A stretch of 64,000 bases of DNA from an uncultured Pseudomonadota bacterium (GTDB taxonomy: Bacteria; Pseudomonadota; Alphaproteobacteria; JACZXZ01): contig CAVVLJ010000016.1 in the NCBI GenBank assembly GCA_963749075.1, positions 352,001 through 416,000 on the forward strand. Reading direction: 5' to 3'. A program made the translations under genes and the position numbers. The notes below the pieces were generated by a model that worked only from the letters and a program-made list of their open reading frames with translations, was not told where the DNA came from and did not search any database. Below are positions 19,581-28,113 of this stretch, in pieces; within the stretch, counting starts at the first letter, position 1; every line of letters starts with the position of its first letter.

Positions 19581-22500
19581 TTAGGGGCCAAGTATGAAAC
19601 GATGGCTGACCCCTGGAATGGATGCCGCAGGACCAATCCGCGTCGCTGCGGCGGTATCTCCGTTCGCTGCCGCCAATGCAGCGGTTACTGCGCCGGTCGT
19701 CTCATAGGTCGTAGATTGTTGAACACTCATGGCTAATGGAACGCCAGTTAGTGCCTGTACTCCGGATGCGCCAATCGATATCTGGAATCCCGACGGATTT
19801 TGATAGCTGGACGGCTGACTCGGATTGAAATTTGCGCCATATGTCGGTCCACCTCCAATTGGACCACGTGCTCCCGCAAATGCACTTCCGAACTGATTTC
19901 CAAAAAAATTCTCCGGTCCGCCGAATGTGTTCTGGAGAATAATGTTTGCCGAAATGTCCACGCCGCCCCCACAACCAATAGTGGCAAACGTGCCAAATCT
20001 TCCGGTATCGGTGTTGAAGTAGATACCAGCAGTGATCGAGCCTCCGCCGCCGAAAAATCCGCTCAGGTTCAGTCCAAGCGACCATGTATCCAGACCGCCG
20101 GGATCGGTGTTATTTAGCGGATCATTATTGACATAGCGGTACAGATTTCCGGCCGGATCGCTCCTTTCGCCAAAGGGATCGCGCGAGAGCCATCGCCCGA
20201 TGGCCGGATTGTAGGCCCGGTACTGCGTCAGGTAGAGCCCGCTGTCGGCGTTGTAGAACATCCCGGCGTAGTTGAGGTCGGTGACCGGGGCGGTCGCCTG
20301 GAGCGGGTTGCCGTAGGGGTCGTAGCTGTAGGCCGGCGCGCTCGTGGCGCTGGCGAAGGCGCGGCGCACCGAGCCGAGCTGGTCGGGGCCGTAATAATAG
20401 GGCTGCGCCGGGGAGCCGGGGACTACCTCGCCCTCGGCAACATATTCCCGCGTCGGCGCATTGGCGGCGTTCCTTGCCTGGCAGATGCGCGCGCCGCACC
20501 AGAGGTAGGAGGTGGCGACCGCACCGCTGCCGCCGGCGGCGCGGCTATAGTGGCGCGCCCGCGAGATGAAGGAGCTCGTGATCGGGGCGCCGCCGCCCCA
20601 GAGTATGCTCGTGATCGCGGTGCGCCGGCCGAGCCCGTCATAGGCGAAGGCGGTCTCCTTGCCGGTCTGCCCCGGATATCCCGGATAGCCGATGGCGACG
20701 AGGCGGTTCTCGGCGTCCCAGGCATAGGTGCGCAGCCCGTCGGAGAGCAGGTTGCCGTTGGCGTCGTAGGTGAAGGGCTGGCCCGAGAGGCTGGTCAGCG
20801 CGTTCACGTTGTTGTAGCTCGCGGTCTGGGTCCCCGTGGTGGGGTACACCGTGGCGCTGTCGCTCGTCTCGCTGATGGCGGCGATGAAGTTCTCGGGCGT
20901 CGTGGTGTAGGCGTAGGTGGAGTACCGGCCCGAGGAGAGCCCGACGTTGCTGATCCCGGCGAGGCGGCGGTCGCCCGAGTTGGGGAGATAGCTCCACGTG
21001 GTCGCCAAGGTCGAGCTCGCGAGCTGCCGGCTCGTGATCTGCCCGGTCTGGCCGAGGTAGGCGAGCGCGAAGGCGCCGAGGTCGCTCGCGTGGGAGGTCA
21101 GCCGGCCGATCGCGTCGTAGCCGAAGGTCTCGGCCCCGGCGCCGCCGACGGTGCGCGAGGCGAGCCGCCCGAGCGCGTCATAGACGTAGCCGATGGCGCT
21201 CACCGGCAGCGGGCCGCTTTCCTGCTGCAGGCGCAAGGCGCCGAGCGAGCCTATCGCGACATAGGCGTAGCTCGTGGTGCCTGTGCCGTCGCTCATCGAG
21301 ACGAGGCGCGGGAAGTACGGGTCGTAGGCGAAGCCAACGTTGGGCGTGGAGTTGGCCGCGTTCAGATAGGCGATGCCGGCGAGCCGGTCGTCCTCGAAGT
21401 AGCTGTATTGCTTGACCTGCGCGAGGGCGTCGGTCACCGTCTTGAGGCGGCTCGTGGTGTTCTCGTAGGCGTAGGCGATGGTGCTGCTGTCGGCGTATTG
21501 CTTCGCCGTGAGCCGGCCCTCAACGTCGTAGCTCCAGCCCGTGACGTTGCCGTTGGGGTCGGTCAGGCCGGTCAGCTCGCCGATGCCGTTGTAGGCGAAG
21601 AGCGTGCGGTTGCCGAGGGGGTCGGTGATCGCGGTCAGGCGGCGGTCGGCATCGTGGGCATAGAGCCACGTCCGGAACTGGCGGTCCTGGTAGGAGGCGA
21701 GATCGAGATTGTCGTAGGTGTAAATGTCCGTCGTGCCGTCGGGGTAGGTTATCTTCGTGACGCGGTCGGCGGCATCATAGCCGTAGGCGACGGTCCAGCC
21801 CTCGGAATCCGTGTAGCTCGCGACCCGGTCGAAGGCATCGTAGGTGAAGCTCGCGGCGGTGGCGCCGTTGGCGTTGACGATGGCGCTCAGATCGCCCGCG
21901 GCGTCGTACTGGAAGCTCGTCGTCTGGTTGAGCGCGTTGGTGAGGGAGGTGAGCTGCCCGGCGGCATTGTACGCATAGCTCGTGGTCTCGCCCGCCGCGT
22001 CGGTATAGAGGAGCGGCCGGTGGTGGCTGTTGTAGGTGAACTGGGCGACCGGCGTCTGGATGCCGGGCGCCGTGGTCTGGCTGACCGTGGCGAGATCGAC
22101 GTGGTTGGCGGCATAGGCGAAGGAGGTGGTGCGGCCGAGGGGATCGATGGCCTGGGTGAGATTAAAGAAGCCGGCCGCGTCGTAGGAGAACTGGCGGAGC
22201 TGGGTCGAGCCGTCGTCGAGCACGCGGCCGGCGGCGGTCGGCTTGTCGTAGATGCCGGCATCGGTGGAAAACGGCTGCCCCACATAGTTGAACCAGATGC
22301 GGTTCTCGAGCGGGTATTTGACGCTCTCGATGCTGGTCGATTTGACGGCGATACGGGGCACGTGCAGGAAATGCCGGTCCCGCGCCTTGGTGTAGTCGCA
22401 GCCCCCGCTCGCGGTGCAGCCGGCCACGACGTAGGCGTTCTTGTCCCAATGAAAGCTGTCGCGCGTGTCGAGATATTGGTTCGTCACCGCCAAGCCTTGC

Positions 22501-24473
22501 GGCAGCGTGTTGCCGGCATCGCTGCCCGGGACCCCCGGGATCGGCGCCGGGGGGTTCTCCAGCCATTCCTCGCGCTCGTTGAGGCCCAGCGGGTCGGTCA
22601 CTTGCACGAAGCGCGGCGGGGCGCTCGTGCCGGGTGCCGTGTAGGCGAAGCTCGTCGTGCCGTAGGGCGTGGTCATGGCATCGACGAGCGAGTTGGCGTC
22701 GTAGCTGAAGCTCGAGGTCAAGCCGAGCACGTCAGTGATCGAGACGAGGCGGCCGTAGAGGTCGTAGGTCAGGACGGCACTGCGGTTGAAGGGATCGGTG
22801 ATCCCGGTCACGAGCAGCGGCTGGCCGATACGGCCGTAGGCGAAGGTCGTTTGCCGTCCGGCTGCGTCGGTCAGCGAGACGAGCCGCTCCTGGTTGTCGT
22901 AGCTGAGCGTGAGCGCGTTGCCTTGCGGGTCGATCATCTGGCTCAAGAAGACGTTGCGCGGAAAGGCGGTGCTGCCGTCGGATTGGGCATAGACCTCGAT
23001 GCTCCCGTCCCGCAGCTGGCGCTGATAGTTGACCGGCGTCTCGGACTTGAGCACCAGGATGGAGCCGTCATTGTCCTGGGCTGTGAACTGGCCGGTGCTG
23101 CCGTTATAGCCGCTGTATTGGAAGGAACCTCCGCCGGCGAGATAACGCGTGACGCGGGCACCCGGATTGGTCGGGTCGTCCGTCACATAAGTGAGCCAGT
23201 TCAGCGTCCACTTCTGGCTGACGTTGAAGAAGGCGAAGTTCGCCGGCTGGCTGTCCTCGCGCTGGTTATAGGTGATACGGGTTTTCGCCGAGGGCCCGAT
23301 GGGCGGGTCGTAACCGACCGGCACGTCGGACAAGGTGACGCTGACGGTCAATTCGCCGATATTGTAGCCGCACAGCGGGCAGGTGCCGGACGCATTCGCT
23401 TGCACATCCCTGGCGCCGGCAGCGCCCGGGGCCGTGCTGCTCGTCGGACCCCTCCCCCACACGCCGCCCGCCTCCTTCTCGTCCACCGCCCTCCAGCCGG
23501 CGCCGTCCTGAGCGCCGGCCGGCGCCAGGAAATAGCCGCTCGCCTCCTCGTCGAGCGCCGCCGCCGTGACCCAAAGCTCCTGGCCCGCGAAGACCGGGTC
23601 CGCGACCTGGAAGCGGCCATTGGCCTGGCCGGTGATTGCGGCAAAATGGCCGAGCTTCCAATGCACGATCGAGGGCACCGGCACCGGTTGGCCCGGCTTG
23701 CGGAAGACCAGGCGGTGGGGAAACTTCGTCTCCTCGGCGAGATGCGCCACCTCCGAGAGGCTCGTGCCGTTCGGCCCGGCGCGATACCACTGGAGGGACA
23801 GGACCTGTGCCTGCTTGGCGCCCTGCGCGAGCATCAGCGAGCCGAGCGCCAGCGGGCCGCAATTGAAGAGGTATCGGGGGTTGCTCTTGGCCAGCGACAG
23901 CTCCTCCCGTGCGGCTTGCACCGCTTCGGTCGCGGAGCCGGTCACCGGACGATCGCCGATCTCCTCGAAGAGGGCTGCGAGGCTCTCGACATGCCCGAGG
24001 GCGCCATGGAGCCGCGCGAGCTCGCCGACCGCCCGGTCGACGAGTGCCTTGGCCTGCGGCTCGGTGGCGCCTTTGCCCTCGTGCCAAGCCTGGTTCCAGG
24101 CGTCGAGTGCCCGCGAGAAATAGCCGTAATGGAGGTAGGAGATGCCGAGATTGGTGAGCAGCGCCGCGGCCCAGCCCGAATGCGGATAGCGCGCCAGGAA
24201 GGCGGTGAGGCTGCCAACGTCGTCGGGTGTGGCGCGCTTGCCGTAGGCCGCCAAGGCCTGCAGGAGGGCCTGGTCTTCCGCGGGCGTGGTGGGGCCGGTC
24301 GCCATGAGCGGCTCGGCAAGATGCGCGGCCCGGATTGCCGCCGCGACGGGCTCGGCGGTGCCGGGAGCGCTCGCCGCCTCTGCCGCACGCGGGAGGCATG
24401 CTGCGTACAACAGCAGCAGCGCCGCCATGGCGATCGAGGCCGCGAACAAGGCCGGCCGCCTCGGCAGCTTCAT
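19581..24473 (-). CDS. Rhs/YD-repeat polymorphic toxin: signal peptide, TPR-like helix region, C39 peptidase domain, Rhs shell, Rhs core and CT1
   Basis: MKLPRRPALFAASIAMAALLLL...AEA; C39 triad motifs FNCGPLAL / VHWKLGHF / VADP; many YD repeats; core YAGMFYNADSGLYLTQYRAYNPAIGRWLSRDP...YRYVNNDPLNNTDPGGL; 169-aa low-GC tip. About 1630 aa. Confidence 0.95.
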   Translation of the reverse strand: MKLPRRPALFAASIAMAALLLLYAACLPRAAEAASAPGTAEPVAAAIRAAHLAEPLMATGPTTPAEDQALLQALAAYGKRATPDDVGSLTAFLARYPHSGWAAALLTNLGISYLHYGYFSRALDAWNQAWHEGKGATEPQAKALVDRAVGELARLHGALGHVESLAALFEEIGDRPVTGSATEAVQAAREELSLAKSNPRYLFNCGPLALGSLMLAQGAKQAQVLSLQWYRAGPNGTSLSEVAHLAEETKFPHRLVFRKPGQPVPVPSIVHWKLGHFAAITGQANGRFQVADPVFAGQELWVTAAALDEEASGYFLAPAGAQDGAGWRAVDEKEAGGVWGRGPTSSTAPGAAGARDVQANASGTCPLCGYNIGELTVSVTLSDVPVGYDPPIGPSAKTRITYNQREDSQPANFAFFNVSQKWTLNWLTYVTDDPTNPGARVTRYLAGGGSFQYSGYNGSTGQFTAQDNDGSILVLKSETPVNYQRQLRDGSIEVYAQSDGSTAFPRNVFLSQMIDPQGNALTLSYDNQERLVSLTDAAGRQTTFAYGRIGQPLLVTGITDPFNRSAVLTYDLYGRLVSITDVLGLTSSFSYDANSLVDAMTTPYGTTSFAYTAPGTSAPPRFVQVTDPLGLNEREEWLENPPAPIPGVPGSDAGNTLPQGLAVTNQYLDTRDSFHWDKNAYVVAGCTASGGCDYTKARDRHFLHVPRIAVKSTSIESVKYPLENRIWFNYVGQPFSTDAGIYDKPTAAGRVLDDGSTQLRQFSYDAAGFFNLTQAIDPLGRTTSFAYAANHVDLATVSQTTAPGIQTPVAQFTYNSHHRPLLYTDAAGETTSYAYNAAGQLTSLTNALNQTTSFQYDAAGDLSAIVNANGATAASFTYDAFDRVASYTDSEGWTVAYGYDAADRVTKITYPDGTTDIYTYDNLDLASYQDRQFRTWLYAHDADRRLTAITDPLGNRTLFAYNGIGELTGLTDPNGNVTGWSYDVEGRLTAKQYADSSTIAYAYENTTSRLKTVTDALAQVKQYSYFEDDRLAGIAYLNAANSTPNVGFAYDPYFPRLVSMSDGTGTTSYAYVAIGSLGALRLQQESGPLPVSAIGYVYDALGRLASRTVGGAGAETFGYDAIGRLTSHASDLGAFALAYLGQTGQITSRQLASSTLATTWSYLPNSGDRRLAGISNVGLSSGRYSTYAYTTTPENFIAAISETSDSATVYPTTGTQTASYNNVNALTSLSGQPFTYDANGNLLSDGLRTYAWDAENRLVAIGYPGYPGQTGKETAFAYDGLGRRTAITSILWGGGAPITSSFISRARHYSRAAGGSGAVATSYLWCGARICQARNAANAPTREYVAEGEVVPGSPAQPYYYGPDQLGSVRRAFASATSAPAYSYDPYGNPLQATAPVTDLNYAGMFYNADSGLYLTQYRAYNPAIGRWLSRDPFGERSDPAGNLYRYVNNDPLNNTDPGGLDTWSLGLNLSGFFGGGGSITAGIYFNTDTGRFGTFATIGCGGGVDISANIILQNTFGGPENFFGNQFGSAFAGARGPIGGGPTYGANFNPSQPSSYQNPSGFQISIGASGVQALTGVPLAMSVQQSTTYETTGAVTAALAAANGDTAAATRIGPAASIPGVSHRFILGP

Positions 24474-24508
24474 CTTCCACGCTCCGGGCGCCCGGAGAGC
24501 TCGCGCTA

Positions 24509-24808
24509 TCAGGGCGTCCAAGTGAAGCAACCCCATACGCCCGTGCCCCATGTCGGCTGCTCGGGCGCGCTGGAGATGGTATTGGTTTGCGCTGTCCGAT
24601 TGCCGTTCGCGTCGTAGCTGTAGGCGATGCATAGGCCGTTGTCGTAAAGACCCGTCGTGAGGCGCCCAAGCTGATCGTAGGTGTAGGAAACCGAGCCGAT
24701 CGCGCCGCCGGGAATCAAGATGCCGAGCAACGCCAGCAGCGCAGCCGCGACGCGCGCTCTTGCGGGCTCAATCGTCACGCGATCGTCTTCCGGGCGCATG
24801 GGGCTCAT
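24509..24808 (-). CDS. Small secreted YD-repeat protein with Trp/Gly-rich tail
   Basis: Hydrophobic leader, then SVSYTYDQLGRLTTGLYDNGLCIAYSYDANGNRT, then PTWGTGVWGCFTWTP. Start could be 24808 or 24799. Confidence 0.78.
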   Translation of the reverse strand: MSPMRPEDDRVTIEPARARVAAALLALLGILIPGGAIGSVSYTYDQLGRLTTGLYDNGLCIAYSYDANGNRTAQTNTISSAPEQPTWGTGVWGCFTWTP

Positions 24809-24813
24809 CAAGG

Positions 24814-25767
24814 TCAGGGGTAGGTGATTTCCAGCGAATCGATGGTGATATTCGTGTCGATCCCGCCGCCTTGTCCACCGCACATGATGCCGGCGTAGGC
24901 GATGGGCGCCCCGATCCACGAATTGTTATCGGAGTTGGTTTCGGCCCAGACGCGGCCGTTCTGGCTGATATAGAAGCTGTTGCCGGACGACGTGCTGACG
25001 ACGCGCAGCCAGATGGCGTCCGAATAGGTGATGGCGACACGCGACGAACTGGCATAGGTCCAGCCCGCATTCCAGTAGCTCCACTCGTTCGACAATCCAC
25101 CGGTATAGATCGCCGTGAACATCTGGACCTTGCCGCCGGTCATGGCTGACGAGGCGAGCACGATACCCTGGACCTGATAGTTCACGGCGACGAGGCTGGG
25201 CCGTATTCTCGCCGTGATGGTGAAGCTCGTCGCGGTGACGGGCAGCATTAGCCCTGCATATGCGGAATTCGACACCGGGTTGGTGAAATTCACGAAATTG
25301 CCGTCCTGCACGGCCGTCGCGGTCCCCTGCACCATCCAGACCATATTCGCCAGCACCGGCGGCGTGAAGGTCGCGTCCGAGCCGTTGTTCCCGGCCGCCC
25401 CGCCGCCGGTGATCGTAATGCTGCCGGGGCCATTCGTGATGGCGATACCCGATCCCGCGGTCAGCGTCGTCGCTTGCGGAGGTCCCCCGCTCGAGCCGAT
25501 GGCGAGCTGACCGTTGGTCAAGGGACCGGCGCCGCCGAAATTTCCGGCGCCGCCGTTATATTGAACGGCGTTGGCAGCACCCCCGGGGGCGGCGTTGTTG
25601 ACGCAAGCCAACAGCGCATTGAAATTTGCCATGACCTGCGAAGCGTCCGCGGTCTGGCCGTTGGTGAATTGATAGGGCAGCGTGCACTCCGCCTCGGCGG
25701 CATTGCTACCAGGCAAGATCACGCAGGCGAACGCCGAGAGCGCCGCGAGAACGGAATTCCATCGCAT
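24814..25767 (-). CDS. Secreted tail-fibre/adhesin-like protein with a probable beta-sandwich (lectin-like) C-terminal domain
   Basis: Signal peptide; CTLPYQFTNGQTADASQVMANFNAL head; fibre-like VQYNGGAGNFGG, TNGQLAIGSSG, TLTAGSGIAITNGPGSITI; C-terminal WLRVVSTSSGNSFYISQNGRVW. Confidence 0.78.
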   Translation of the reverse strand: MRWNSVLAALSAFACVILPGSNAAEAECTLPYQFTNGQTADASQVMANFNALLACVNNAAPGGAANAVQYNGGAGNFGGAGPLTNGQLAIGSSGGPPQATTLTAGSGIAITNGPGSITITGGGAAGNNGSDATFTPPVLANMVWMVQGTATAVQDGNFVNFTNPVSNSAYAGLMLPVTATSFTITARIRPSLVAVNYQVQGIVLASSAMTGGKVQMFTAIYTGGLSNEWSYWNAGWTYASSSRVAITYSDAIWLRVVSTSSGNSFYISQNGRVWAETNSDNNSWIGAPIAYAGIMCGGQGGGIDTNITIDSLEITYP

Positions 25768-26017
25768 GACGTTACCCTCGCATGCTTGCACGGATCGGCC
25801 CGCGCAGCATGTCGGATAACCTACGATTATGTACACGTATCAGTCGAGTAAATTTATGACGACAATATGATAGATTGTCAGATTATGCAGGCATTCACCA
25901 TGGCGCGCATGGATCGAGCTTATTGCGCAGCCTATGCGCGTTCGTTTGTTTTTGCCCTTGCGCTGCGCTTATGTTCATGATACGTTCCAAGCCGCGTGCA
26001 GCGACGGAGGGCGGGCG

Positions 26018-26440
26018 ATGGAGCGCGATCCCGATTGCATCTTCTGCAAGATCGCGGCGGGCGAGGCGCCGTGCTTCAAGCTCTACGAGGACGCGGCGAC
26101 GCTCGCCTTCATGGACATCAACCCGGCGAACGAAGGCCATTGCCTGGCGATTCCCAAGGCGCATTTCGTGGACATCTACGGGGCGTCCCCGGGCGAGGTG
26201 GGGCGGGTGGCCGAGACCGCGCGCAAGGTGGCGAAGGCGGTGCGCGACGTGGTCAGGCCCGACGGCCTCAACCTCGTGCAGTCGAACGGTCCGGGTGCGG
26301 CCCAGTCGGTCATGCACTTCCACATCCACGTGCTGCCGCGCACGAGCGGCGACGAGCTCAAGATCAACTGGCCGCTCGTGCCGGGGGACCGCGTGGCGAT
26401 CGGCTTGCTCGCCGAGAAGATCAGGGCGAGGCTCTCTTAA
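26018..26440 (+). CDS. HIT family hydrolase
   Basis: DCIFCKIAAGE, AFMDINP..EGHCLAIPK, QSVMHFHIHVLPR histidine triad. Confidence 0.95.
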   Translation: MERDPDCIFCKIAAGEAPCFKLYEDAATLAFMDINPANEGHCLAIPKAHFVDIYGASPGEVGRVAETARKVAKAVRDVVRPDGLNLVQSNGPGAAQSVMHFHIHVLPRTSGDELKINWPLVPGDRVAIGLLAEKIRARLS

Positions 26441-26457
26441 GCGCGGGCGTGCGTGCC

Positions 26458-26697
26458 ATGGTCAAGCTCAAGGTCATCGCGGTCGGCAGCTCGCTCGGCG
26501 TGGTGTTGCCCAAGGCGGTGCTGGCGCGCCTCAAGGTGGCGAAGGGCGATTGCCTGTTCTTCACCGAGGCGCCGGACGGCTTCCGGGTGACGCCCTACGA
26601 TCCCGACTTCGAGCGGCAGATGGTACTCGCCCGCCGCATCATGGGCGAGCGCCGCGACGTGCTCAGGGCGTTGGCCAGGAGGGAACTGGCCAAATGA
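26458..26697 (+). CDS. AbrB/MazE/SpoVT-family antitoxin
   Basis: LKVIAVGSSLGVVLPK...YDPDFERQM...RRDVLRALA. Overlaps the doc start (ATGA). Confidence 0.88.
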   Translation: MVKLKVIAVGSSLGVVLPKAVLARLKVAKGDCLFFTEAPDGFRVTPYDPDFERQMVLARRIMGERRDVLRALARRELAK

Positions 26698-27092
26698 GCG
26701 GGCGCGCCTGGCGCTGGCTCGGCGAAGAGGCGGCGCTCGCCATCCACGATGCGCAGTTGGCCGAGCATGGCGGTGCCGGCGGCCCCGGCGAGCGCGCCCT
26801 CGTGCAAGCGGCCTTGGCGCGCCCGCGCCGTCTCGCGGCCGGGGGCGAGCCGGACGCGGCGGAGCTTGCCGCCGCTTACGCCTGCGGCCTCGCGCGCACG
26901 GAGGGCTTCGCGGACGGCAAGAGGCGGACGGCCTACGTGGCGGCACTCGCCTTCTCGCTCGACAACGGCTACCGGTTCACCGGCGGCGACGTCGAATCCG
27001 CCGAGGCGATGCGGGCGCTCTCCGCCGGCGACATGACGGAGGAGGAGCTCGCCCGCTGGTTCCGCGCCCGGCTGGTCGCGGCCGGGTCCTGA
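26694..27092 (+). CDS. doc: Death-on-curing (Doc/Fic) family toxin with degenerate active site
   Basis: AIHDAQLAEHGG, ALARP, ELAAAYACGLA. Fic motif reads TEGFADGKRRTA instead of NHxFxDGNKRT. Confidence 0.85.
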   Translation: MSGRAWRWLGEEAALAIHDAQLAEHGGAGGPGERALVQAALARPRRLAAGGEPDAAELAAAYACGLARTEGFADGKRRTAYVAALAFSLDNGYRFTGGDVESAEAMRALSAGDMTEEELARWFRARLVAAGS

Positions 27093-27097
27093 GAGGC

Positions 27098-28010
27098 TCA
27101 GCCGGCGAGCCAGGCGGGCCTGCCCGGACGGAGCACGGCTTGCCCCGCGCGCAAGCTCTCGCCCTTCGCCGCCGCGGCAGCGACGGCCTCGAGCTTGAGG
27201 AGGGCGAGGCCGATGCCGCTTGCTATGGCGCGCAGCTCGCCCACTTCCGCGCCGCCGAGGAGGACCGGCGTGCCCGGCGCCGGCTCCGGCCCCTCGATGG
27301 CAACCGGCAAGAGGCGCTTCTTGACGAGCGCCCGGTACTTCATGCGCGCGGTCACTTCCTGGCCGATGTAGCAGCCCTTATTGAAATCGACGCCGTCCAG
27401 CTCCTCGAAGCCGTTCTCGAGGAGGAGCGCCTGCTCGGCCGGCAGCTCGGCGCTGCCCTCCGCCACGCCGAGCGAGAGGCGCAGGCGGCGGTGCTCGGCC
27501 AGAGCACCCTCCGCGAAGCCGGCCGCTGCGAGCGCGGCTGTGCCTTGACACGGCAGGATGGCGCGGCAGCCGAGCGCCGCCAGGCGCGGATCGACGAAGA
27601 CGCTGCCGCCGAAGGCCGCGCGCGCGGCACCCCGCTCGGCCGCGAAGCCCGAGGGCAGCTGCGGCGCCCTCCCCCCAGAGGAGCGCCGGCACGAGCCTCT
27701 CGCGCGCATCCGCGATGGTCACCTTGGCGCGCAGCTTATAGAGCGCGAGCCGGCGCCTGAGATCGTCGAGCCGCGCCGCCTCGCCCTCAAGGACGAGCTC
27801 GCCCTCGAGATCGCCCTTTGGCATTTCCACGATGAAGAAATCGTGGAGGAAGCGGCCCTGCGCGTTGAGCAGGCTCGCATAGATGGCCCGCCTCTCGCTC
27901 GCCTTCTCGATGTCGTTGGAGATGAGGCCTTGGAGGAAGGGCCGCACATCCTCGCCGGCGAGCGTGAGGCAGGCGCGCTCCCCGTTGAGCGCATATCGCA
28001 GGTCCGCCAT
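27098..28010 (-). CDS. ygfZ: Folate-binding Fe-S/tRNA-modification protein YgfZ; frameshift at ~27645
   Basis: FLQGLISND, LLNAQGRFLHDF and YKLRAKV in one frame. DPRLAALG and GVDFNKGCYIGQEVTARMKYR signature in the next frame. Confidence 0.92.
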
Positions 28011-28113
28011 CGTTTCTTCGTCCCCAGAGGTCCCTGAGCCAAGGAGCAGGGGAGAAGTGGTTCGCCCTCCGGCGCTTGGCAAGCCGGCCGGGCGGCCCTA
28101 TAAGGCGCACGCC

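Noticed and set aside
17705-21474. Possible diversity-generating retroelement TR/VR pair
   Set aside because: The repeat is ~1.35 kb of Rhs core, the differences do not look adenine-specific, and no reverse transcriptase is present. An orphan Rhs module explains it.
20550-24617. 1355-aa plus-strand ORF
   Set aside because: Antisense to the Rhs gene. Its V/G/E-rich composition mirrors the YD-repeat codons.
24814-25767. Prophage remnant
   Set aside because: The fibre-like protein has a signal peptide, and no integrase, capsid, terminase or other phage genes are nearby.
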